DNA of 64,000 bases from an uncultured Syntrophaceae bacterium. GTDB taxonomy: Bacteria; Desulfobacterota; Syntrophia; Syntrophales; UBA2192. The DNA lies in NCBI GenBank assembly GCA_964619035.1, contig CAZUBX010000005.1:2643-66642 (forward strand). Reading direction: 5' to 3'. The notes beneath the pieces are model-generated. The model searched no databases, was not told the DNA's origin, and was given only the letters and a program-made list of their open reading frames with translations. This document shows positions 53,691-60,830 of the stretch, in pieces. Within the stretch, counting starts at the first letter, position 1, and each line of letters opens with the position of its first letter. The position numbers and the translations under genes were made by a program.

Positions 53691-54524
53691 ATGAAGACGG
53701 CAGTCCTTCACCGCCTGTGGAAAGAGCCCGTTCAGCTATCAGGGGTTGCGGAGACCCTGCTCATCCCCCTATGGGCCAGGGCCGTCGAAACCAGGCGTCC
53801 CGATGCGATCATCCGGGACCCGATCGCCCTGGAGATTTTCGAGAACCTCGATTACGACTTCTCCAAATTCGAGGGAGCCTGGATGACGCAGACTGGAATC
53901 GCCATCCGCACGAAGCTCCTCGATGAGGCAACATCGGTCTTTATTCGCGCAAACCCCAGGGCCGTCGTCATCAATCTGGGTGCCGGCCTCAGCACCCGGT
54001 TCTCCCGGCTCGACAACGGCACCGTCCGCTGGTACGAGGTCGATCTGCCGGAGGTTATCGGGCTGCGGAAGCTCTTCTTCCGGGAAACGAAACGTTACCG
54101 CTCGATCGCAGGGTCGGTGACGGAGCCTTCCACCCTGGAGCGCCTGATCGCAGGCAGGCAGCCCGTCCTGATCCTTGCCGAGGGCCTTTTCATGTATTTT
54201 GCCGAAGAGGACGTCCGGTCCGTCTTCGGGTGCCTGTCGAGACGCTTTCCGGGGGCGCAGATGCTCCTGGAGATGCTGGCCCCCTGCGCCCTGGGCATGG
54301 GAAAATACGACCCCTGCCTGTCGAAAATCGCCGGCGGTTGCCTCGACTTCCAGTGGACCCTGGGCGACTGTCGGGACTTGGAGTCCTGGGCTTGCGGCCT
54401 TCATATTCTCAGCGAGTGCAACGTCTTGGAGCATCACCGCGAACGCTGGGGATGGCTCAACTTCTTCGCCCCCCAGGCAATGTCCATGCTGGGAAACCGG
54501 ATTGTCCACCTGTGCTTTGCGTAG
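53691..54524 (+). CDS. class I SAM-dependent O-methyltransferase (LCM/TcmP-like)
   Basis: VVINLGAGLSTR SAM motif, WYEVDLPEV and ILAEGLFMYF. ATG at 53691. Confidence 0.7.
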   Translation: MKTAVLHRLWKEPVQLSGVAETLLIPLWARAVETRRPDAIIRDPIALEIFENLDYDFSKFEGAWMTQTGIAIRTKLLDEATSVFIRANPRAVVINLGAGLSTRFSRLDNGTVRWYEVDLPEVIGLRKLFFRETKRYRSIAGSVTEPSTLERLIAGRQPVLILAEGLFMYFAEEDVRSVFGCLSRRFPGAQMLLEMLAPCALGMGKYDPCLSKIAGGCLDFQWTLGDCRDLESWACGLHILSECNVLEHHRERWGWLNFFAPQAMSMLGNRIVHLCFA

Positions 54525-54593
54525 AATTGCTCACAGGAACACCCCCTGCCCGTCCACCCCTCCCGACGCGATACCACTGCAGTCGGGCCGGGT

Positions 54594-54609
54594 TGGTCGG
54601 GCTTTTGCA
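54594..54609 (+). promoter_or_regulatory. weak sigma54-like promoter candidate
   Basis: TGGTCGGGCTTTTGCA. GG and GC are at consensus spacing, but the -24 box is degenerate. About 100 nt before ATG 54713. Confidence 0.25.
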
Positions 54610-54712
54610 TGATAAAGGAAGTGGTCGTCTGTCTCTCGTCCCCTCACCGAGGATGCCGTGCTGAGGGAGTGGCCCATGGCGTGATGTTGCTTTGACCTGC
54701 AAGGAGAGGCCC

Positions 54713-56494
54713 ATGAAAAAGCAGAGCGCGGAGCGAATCTCCCCCAACGAACTTCTTGCCCTGATCGGGATAACCCCGGCAGACAACGCGGAAGGCTATC
54801 ACAACGCCGTCCCGTGGAAAAGCAAACTGGCGGGCGGGCAGGTCCGGTCGCTCTTCCGCTATCAGGAGCTGATGAAAACGGTGGCGGGCGAGCCCCTTCT
54901 TTTCGGACCCTGGGCCACGCTGGCGGGATGGCAGGCTACCCTGATGGAGTCTTACGTCACGGGGCCCATCAAGACGCAGGCGCGGACCGCCACGAGGGCG
55001 GGCCGCAACCCCGATGTCTTCGCCGAGATGAACAGCTGGATCTACCAGACCTATGCGAGGCTCCTCCAAAATCTCTGCAGCGGCTTCATCAAGAACGGGA
55101 AATTCGACCGGCAGGCGGCACTGGAGATCTCCTCGTCGGAAGACGGCAAGCAGCTCCTGCGCAACTACATGAAGGAGTTCCGGTCGCTCGAGATGTCCTA
55201 CAATTCCCGGGGGCTCACACGCCTCAAGGCCATGAAGGACCTCCTGAAATCGCTCCTGGTCCTCATCACGGAGCAACCGATCGAAGACATGCCCTTCATG
55301 AAGAAAAATCCCGACGGCAGCGACGGCATGTCGCTCGGCGCCTACCTGGAGGAAGGCCGGGCACGCATCGACGCCCTGTGGCGTCACAACGCCTTCGACA
55401 TCCGCGATTTCGCCGATCGCTTCATGGGGGGCAAAATCGGCTTTCTGCCCTACGAAGTGATCCAGGGCTCCCGCCTGCACTCGGTGACCCTTCGCTACTA
55501 CCCCCTCCCCAAGGGAATCGAGCCCAACGGTAAGGTCGTCTACCTGGCCACGCCGATGATCAACAGGCCTGAGATCTTCGATCTCGCCGAGGGGAAGTCC
55601 GTCGTCGAGGGCATGCTCAAGGAAGGCTATCACGTCTATCTCGTGGACCACGGCGACCCCGGTCCCGGGGAGACGAACCTGGGACTGGATTTCTTCGGCA
55701 AGACCGTCCCCGACACCTACTTCGAGATCATCCAGAAGCAACACCCCAGAGCTGAAATCTACATCATGGCCTACTGCATGGCAGGCACGCTGATGCTTCC
55801 ATGGCTTGCCCGCCGCGCCGAGGAGCGCATGGCCCGCGGCGAGCCGATGGATATCTGGAAGATCGCCGTCATGGCATCGCCGGTGAAATTCGACGACGGG
55901 GAGAGCGGACATGCCGCCATGCGCAAGATCATCCGCGAGGCCTACGACCCCCTCTTGATGAAGGAGCTCTACGGGGAAGTGAACGTCCCGGCCTACCTGA
56001 TCGAGGCGGGCATGAACGAGATCCAGCCCGGCGTCCAGCACACCGTGTCGATGGGTTTCTACGGCCGTGCTTACTGGCCCAATGCCATCGAGGACGCCGC
56101 GCCATTTTTGTACTGGCTCACCCACGGCACCAAGTTCCCCGCCCGGGCCCACCGGGAGTGGCTCGACCAGTTCTTCATGGGCAATGCCCTCGTCAAGGGC
56201 ACCTACACCCTGCCCTCCTCCGTCCCGGAGCTGGACGGCAAACCCGTGCGGATGGGAGCCCTGGACCAGGCCGGCGTCCTCATCTTCTGTTACCGCGGCA
56301 CCCGCGACCCCATCGCGCCTACGGGCTCCTGCGTATCCTGCGAGCTTTGGGGCGAGATCGGAAAAAACGTCGGCGTCTCCCGAGGGGGACTGAATCGACT
56401 CATCGAGAAGAACGTGGGCCACATCTTCGTGGTAAGCAAGGTCCTGCTGACGGAGTACCTGACGCTGGTCAACGACTTCTTCAAATCGTCGTGA
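54713..56494 (+). CDS. PhaC-like alpha/beta-hydrolase (long divergent PHA synthase paralog, 593 aa)
   Basis: Box AYCMAG with Cys in the nucleophile position, after VYLATPMINR. RBS aaggagagg before ATG 54713. Confidence 0.6.
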   Translation: MKKQSAERISPNELLALIGITPADNAEGYHNAVPWKSKLAGGQVRSLFRYQELMKTVAGEPLLFGPWATLAGWQATLMESYVTGPIKTQARTATRAGRNPDVFAEMNSWIYQTYARLLQNLCSGFIKNGKFDRQAALEISSSEDGKQLLRNYMKEFRSLEMSYNSRGLTRLKAMKDLLKSLLVLITEQPIEDMPFMKKNPDGSDGMSLGAYLEEGRARIDALWRHNAFDIRDFADRFMGGKIGFLPYEVIQGSRLHSVTLRYYPLPKGIEPNGKVVYLATPMINRPEIFDLAEGKSVVEGMLKEGYHVYLVDHGDPGPGETNLGLDFFGKTVPDTYFEIIQKQHPRAEIYIMAYCMAGTLMLPWLARRAEERMARGEPMDIWKIAVMASPVKFDDGESGHAAMRKIIREAYDPLLMKELYGEVNVPAYLIEAGMNEIQPGVQHTVSMGFYGRAYWPNAIEDAAPFLYWLTHGTKFPARAHREWLDQFFMGNALVKGTYTLPSSVPELDGKPVRMGALDQAGVLIFCYRGTRDPIAPTGSCVSCELWGEIGKNVGVSRGGLNRLIEKNVGHIFVVSKVLLTEYLTLVNDFFKSS

Positions 56495-56502
56495 CGCGCT
56501 TC

Positions 56503-56540
56503 GCGCAGGCTACAGGCTTCAGGCATCAGGCTTCTGGAAA
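56503..56540 (+). repeat. heptamer array (CAGGCWW flavour)
   Basis: gcgcaggc tacaggc ttcaggc atcaggc ttctggaaa, 9 nt after the stop. Confidence 0.85.
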
Positions 56541-56542
56541 CA

Positions 56543-56577
56543 AGAAAGGATCGAGGGATTGTCCCCCGATCCTTTTT
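56543..56577. terminator. bidirectional terminator, conserved AGGATCGAGG hairpin module
   Basis: agaaaggatcgaggg-attgt-cccccgatcctttttct. Confidence 0.75.
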
Positions 56578-56596
56578 CTTTGCCTTGCTGCCTTTT

Positions 56597-56684
56597 CTTC
56601 ACTCAGGCACTTGTTTACCGGTCCCTACACCCTCGTCCCTGGTCCCTTCTTCCACTGGTCACTGGTCACCGGTCACCGGTCACT
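56597..56684. repeat. array mosaic (CACTCAGG, GTCCCTN and CACTGGT flavours)
   Basis: cttcactcaggcac, then gtccctacaccctcgtccctggtcccttc, then ttccactggtcactggtcaccggtcaccggtcact. It ends 6 nt before the HPP stop. Confidence 0.85.
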
Positions 56685-56690
56685 ATTTTT

Positions 56691-57182
56691 TCAGGTCAGA
56701 TCCCGCAGGTAGGGCTTAAAAAAATGGTGGATCAGGGAAAGCAGGACGATGCTCAGGACAACGGTGATCAACACATCCGGATGCATCCCCGTAATGGCAA
56801 CTCCAAGAGCGGTCCCCGAAGCAGGGGGGTGTTCCGTGTCCGTGACGACCATGGTGAAGATGGAGAGACCGACGGCCGCTGAATAGCAGACAAGGCTGCC
56901 GAACAAGGTGGCGTGGGGAATCAGGGAAAACACAAACCCCCAGAAGAGCCCGACGACGTGGCCGCCGATGACATTCCTCGCGTTGGCCGTGAGAGCCTTG
57001 GGCATCGCAAAGACGATGAAGGCCGTAGCCCCGATGGAGGCGATGATGACCGCGTTCTGCAGGGTCAGAAAATAAAGGACAGCAAAAACGGCAACGGTTG
57101 CAAACAGGCTCTGAAAAACGTAGTTCTTCCAGTGAAGCCGGAATTCATCGATCATTTTACGAACGGATCGCTTCATAATCAC
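56691..57182 (-). CDS. HPP family membrane protein
   Basis: 4-5 TM helices and a TDTEHPPASGTAL motif (HPP signature). Confidence 0.8.
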   Translation of the reverse strand: MIMKRSVRKMIDEFRLHWKNYVFQSLFATVAVFAVLYFLTLQNAVIIASIGATAFIVFAMPKALTANARNVIGGHVVGLFWGFVFSLIPHATLFGSLVCYSAAVGLSIFTMVVTDTEHPPASGTALGVAITGMHPDVLITVVLSIVLLSLIHHFFKPYLRDLT

Positions 57183-57227
57183 CCCCGCATGATGGCATCA
57201 AAGGCAGTCAGCATAATCACAGGCGAT

Positions 57228-57315
57228 GAAATGGGCAAGCAAATAGTGCCGGTAGTGAACAAGGTCTTACTGCGGAGTACCACACGTGGTCAACAACTTC
57301 TTCAAATCGTCCTGA
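57228..57315 (+). pseudogene. relic 3' end of a phaC-like gene (frame-disrupted duplicate of 56405-56494)
   Basis: Encodes ..GKQIVPVVNKVLL.. then, after a frameshift, VVNNFFKSS-stop. The intact gene ends ..GHIFVVSKVLLTEYLTLVNDFFKSS-stop. The nucleotide similarity continues into the repeat module. Confidence 0.5.
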
Positions 57316-57323
57316 AGCGCCTC

Positions 57324-57354
57324 GCGCGGGCTCCAGGCATCAGGCTTCAGAAAA
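57324..57354 (+). repeat. heptamer array (CAGGCWW flavour), one unit shorter than 56503-56540
   Basis: gcgcgggctccaggcatcaggcttcagaaaa. Confidence 0.8.
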
Positions 57355-57356
57355 CA

Positions 57357-57391
57357 AGAAAGGATCGAGGAATTGTCCCTCGATCCTTTTT
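57357..57391. terminator. bidirectional terminator, conserved AGGATCGAGG hairpin module
   Basis: agaaaggatcgagg-aattgtc-cctcgatcctttttct, 20 nt from the Usp gene stop. Confidence 0.75.
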
Positions 57392-57411
57392 CTTTGCCTC
57401 GCGGCCGAAGA

Positions 57412-57864
57412 TCAGGCCATGGCAGGCAGCACGAGCAACGGGCACGTGGCCTCTTTGAGCAGCCTGTCCGTGACGCCGCCCAGCAGGTTTTTCAGCATCC
57501 CTTTCCTTGCGTGGGGCTCGATGACGACGAGGTCGATCAGCTTGTCCTTCATGTACGCCAGGATCTGCTCAAAGATCACCCCATGGCGCTCATCGAACTC
57601 GATCTCGACCTCCGTCTGCGATGCCACCTTCCGGAGCTCCTCCATCATCTTCTGCTTTGTGAACAACTCGTCATTTTTCTCGACGGCGTCGATTACCTCC
57701 GGACGAACCACAGATTCCCCAACGGCGAAGGGCACACTCTGGTCCACGTGAAGCATGTAGATCTTCGCGTGGGAGACCGCGGCAATGTCGATCGCCTCCC
57801 TCAGCGCCCGATCGGAATCGTCAGTAAAATCCGTCGGTACAAGGATTCTCCTCGGCATAAACAT
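57412..57864 (-). CDS. universal stress protein (UspA family)
   Basis: ILVPTDFTDDSDRAL and C-terminal GGVTDRLLKEATCPLLVL motifs. ATG at 57864 lies 8 nt after aaggagg. Confidence 0.8.
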   Translation of the reverse strand: MFMPRRILVPTDFTDDSDRALREAIDIAAVSHAKIYMLHVDQSVPFAVGESVVRPEVIDAVEKNDELFTKQKMMEELRKVASQTEVEIEFDERHGVIFEQILAYMKDKLIDLVVIEPHARKGMLKNLLGGVTDRLLKEATCPLLVLPAMA

Positions 57865-58199
57865 CACTAACACCTCCTTTCAGGAATGGTTCTTAGACCC
57901 GGGGTGAATTCCCAGGTACCGGGTGCAGTCCTCTCATGTTTTTGCCGAAGTGACTCACGGTCTCTGGACAAATGGAGGTAGTAAATGAGCATTTCTGACA
58001 CATACCCGGATGAATGACTCGATTTCATTCGAATCACTCTCTTATTAAATATACAGGCGGGTACGGGATCTGTCAAAGGGGGCCTACGGGGTGTCAAGCA
58101 GTCGTTTGAATGCGCTTCGGTTCAGTCAGGTTCCGGTTATAAAAAAGGGGCCCGCCCCTCATCGGAACGAACCCCATCGTTTGTCAAGACAGATTTTGT

Positions 58200-59108
58200 C
58201 TAGTCTTCCTTGGGCGTCATGAAGTCGGGGCGGAGGAACTCGGGGTCGGGGTAGGTGTAGAACCCCTTGCCGCTCTTCACGCCCAGCTCGCCTCGCTTCA
58301 CCATCTGCTGCAGCGCATCGGGTGGCTTGTCATGGGGGAGCTTGGACTCGTTGTAGTAGACCATCTCGATGTCGTAGATGGTGTCGAGGCCCACCTTGTC
58401 CATGAGCCCAAAGGGGCCTTCCTTCATGCCCGTGAAGACTCTCCAGGCCCTATCGCTGTCCCGGAAATCGACAAAGCCGTTGCCCCACATGTAGAGTGTC
58501 TCGCGCTTGACGGCGCGCCAGACGCGGTTGAAGCAGAAGCCGAGGATCTCCTTCTTCACCTTCAGCGGGATGCAGTTGACGGAGATAATCCACTGCACGC
58601 CCGTCTTGAAAACCTCGGGCAGGGTCTTCGAGCCGCCCATGATGTCCACCATGTTCACGCCCTGCAGCGGGAAGTAGAAGTGGATGTTGAGGCAGCGCTC
58701 TGGGCGGCCGCTTGCGGTCTCCATCTTGGAGACGGGAATGGAGGAGCTGTTGGTGGCGATGATGCAGTCCTTCGGGGACTTCTCGCCCAGTTCCTTGAAG
58801 ATCTTGTTCTTCAGCTCGATGTTCTCGAAGACGGCCTCGATGATGAGCTGGGCATCCTTCACGGCCTCGTCGATCGAGCCCACCTGCGTGACGCCCTTCT
58901 TGGCCGCTTCCCACTTCTCCCAGGCGATGAGCGGGGTGACGCCCTTGGCCTTGAGGTCGTTCCAGATCTTGGTGTAGGTGTTCTCGAAGGCCCCCGCGAC
59001 GGGGTCATAGATCTTTGTGGTGTAGCCTGCGTTGGCCGCCAGCATGGCGATCTGCGCGCCCAGGACACCGGCTCCGATGACGGCCACTCTGTCCAGTGGT
59101 CTTGCCAT
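58200..59108 (-). CDS. 3-hydroxyacyl-CoA dehydrogenase family protein (Hbd-like)
   Basis: VAVIGAGVLG Rossmann motif, NSSS and the C-terminal dimerisation-domain pattern. ATG at 59108 lies 7 nt after aaggaggg. Confidence 0.8.
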   Translation of the reverse strand: MARPLDRVAVIGAGVLGAQIAMLAANAGYTTKIYDPVAGAFENTYTKIWNDLKAKGVTPLIAWEKWEAAKKGVTQVGSIDEAVKDAQLIIEAVFENIELKNKIFKELGEKSPKDCIIATNSSSIPVSKMETASGRPERCLNIHFYFPLQGVNMVDIMGGSKTLPEVFKTGVQWIISVNCIPLKVKKEILGFCFNRVWRAVKRETLYMWGNGFVDFRDSDRAWRVFTGMKEGPFGLMDKVGLDTIYDIEMVYYNESKLPHDKPPDALQQMVKRGELGVKSGKGFYTYPDPEFLRPDFMTPKED

Positions 59109-59198
59109 GACATACCCTCCTTTCACGATTCAAATGCACGCATCTCAATGAAAAAAGCGAGGAGGATGACTCTTCATCATCCCCCTCGCATCAGCCAC

Positions 59199-60497
59199 TT
59201 AATGATAATCCGAGCTTCGCTTGTGTGATTCAGCGGCGAAGTACACGGCCACCACCGTGATCAGGGCCAGACAGATCATGTAAACCGAGATGGGCCACGT
59301 CTCGGGCTTGAACGTCATGAGCAGCCAGGTGCCGATAAGCGGGGAAAGGGCGCCGGCAAAGATGGAGGCCATGTTGTAGCCGAGCGACACTCCGCTGTAA
59401 CGGATCTTCGTGCCGAACATCTCGGAGAGGAAGCTTGCCTGCGGGCCGTACATCGCCGCATGGCCGACCGCCAGACCTAAAACGATGCCGATCCACCCCA
59501 GGTAGGCTATCTTCGTACCCATGAGCCAGAAGAGGGGGAAGGACATCACCGCCGAGAACACCGCGCCGAAGATGTACACGGGCCGCCGGCCGATCTTGTC
59601 GGAAAGCAGGCCGAACATGGGAATCGTGAACACTTCGATGGTGGCGGCAATCATGACGCCGTTCAGGATGGACTGACGGGGCATACCCAGGGCCTGCGTT
59701 GCGTACATCATGACAAAGACTGCGTAGATATAGAAGAACCCGTTTTCCGCAAAGCGCGCGCCCATGGCCAGTAAAATCTCTTTGGGATGCTGTTTAATCG
59801 ACTCGATAATGGGCATCCTGACTTCTTGCTTTTTGTCCTTGATCTTCTGGAACTGCGGCGATTCGGCAATTCTGCCTCGAATATACAGGCCGACGACAAT
59901 CAGAACGATGCTGACCAGGAAGGGAACGCGCCAGCCCCAATCCATGAATTCAGCGTCGGGCAGGATTGCAGCAATGACCGTGAAAACCATCGTGCCGAGA
60001 ACGAGTCCCAGGGGCGCTCCGAGCTGCGGCCAGCTTCCGTAGAATCCTCGCCGATTGTCCGGTGCGTGCTCGACTGCCATGAGAACGGCGCCTCCCCACT
60101 CACCGCCAAGGGCGAAACCCTGGAAAAGACGGCAAACGATCAAAAGGACCGGAGCCCAGATGCCTACACTGTCGTAGGTGGGCAGAAGCCCGATGCAGAA
60201 TGTCGCGATACCCATGATCAGCAGGGTCAAATAGAGCATCGTCTTTCGGCCGATCCGGTCGCCATAGTGACCGAATACCAGGCCTCCCAACGGACGGGCT
60301 GCAAAACCGACGGCATAGGTTGCAAATGCCGCAAGCGTTCCGGTCATGGGGTCCATTTTTGGGAAAAACAACTTGTTGAACACGAGTGCAGCGGCAGTCC
60401 CGTAAATGAAGAAATCGTACCACTCGATGGCGGTTCCGATCAGACTGGCCGTTGCGACCTTGACGTGAGATCTCATTCCACCAGTTTGCTCACTCAT
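59199..60497 (-). CDS. MFS transporter, metabolite:H+ symporter (MHS) family
   Basis: IEWYDFFIYG and GHYGDRIGRK motifs, 12 TM helices. ATG at 60497 follows ggaaggaggaaggag. Confidence 0.85.
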   Translation of the reverse strand: MSEQTGGMRSHVKVATASLIGTAIEWYDFFIYGTAAALVFNKLFFPKMDPMTGTLAAFATYAVGFAARPLGGLVFGHYGDRIGRKTMLYLTLLIMGIATFCIGLLPTYDSVGIWAPVLLIVCRLFQGFALGGEWGGAVLMAVEHAPDNRRGFYGSWPQLGAPLGLVLGTMVFTVIAAILPDAEFMDWGWRVPFLVSIVLIVVGLYIRGRIAESPQFQKIKDKKQEVRMPIIESIKQHPKEILLAMGARFAENGFFYIYAVFVMMYATQALGMPRQSILNGVMIAATIEVFTIPMFGLLSDKIGRRPVYIFGAVFSAVMSFPLFWLMGTKIAYLGWIGIVLGLAVGHAAMYGPQASFLSEMFGTKIRYSGVSLGYNMASIFAGALSPLIGTWLLMTFKPETWPISVYMICLALITVVAVYFAAESHKRSSDYH

Positions 60498-60626
60498 TCT
60501 ATCTCCTTCCTCCTTCCTGAGCATTAGATAAAAGCTAAATAATTACAATTAGTTAATATTGTGGATCGAAAAAAGCACCTCCTTTCTGTTTTACTTGTAT
60601 GATACATGAATTCAATGTCCCTATTC

Positions 60627-60641
60627 GCAAATTATGTGCCA
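60627..60641 (-). promoter_or_regulatory. sigma54 (-24/-12) promoter of the MFS/dehydrogenase operon
   Basis: Minus strand reads TGGCAC-ATAAT-TTGC, a full consensus match. About 118 nt upstream of ATG 60497 and downstream of the PAS-sigma54 activator gene. Confidence 0.65.
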
Positions 60642-60723
60642 GAAATGAACACAGCAAACAATCATTCAACTATATGTAATTATTGATACTTTATTATAAA
60701 GTACGCAGCTGCCACAGCAAGTC

Positions 60724-60743
60724 GTGTAGCATATTGTCTACAC
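60724..60743. promoter_or_regulatory. inverted repeat, candidate enhancer site
   Basis: GTGTAG-8 nt-CTACAC, about 85-100 bp upstream of the sigma54 promoter. Confidence 0.35.
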
Positions 60744-60804
60744 ATTGTCGCTCTAAATGAAAAACTGCATTGATAATGGTGTGTTAAGCAACGTGTACCC
60801 AATA

Positions 60805-60818
60805 GTCTATATGTAGAC
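60805..60818. promoter_or_regulatory. inverted repeat, candidate enhancer site
   Basis: GTCTA-TATG-TAGAC. It shares the TGTAGAC/GTCTACA core with 60724-60743. Confidence 0.3.
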
Positions 60819-60830
60819 TTATGTATACAG

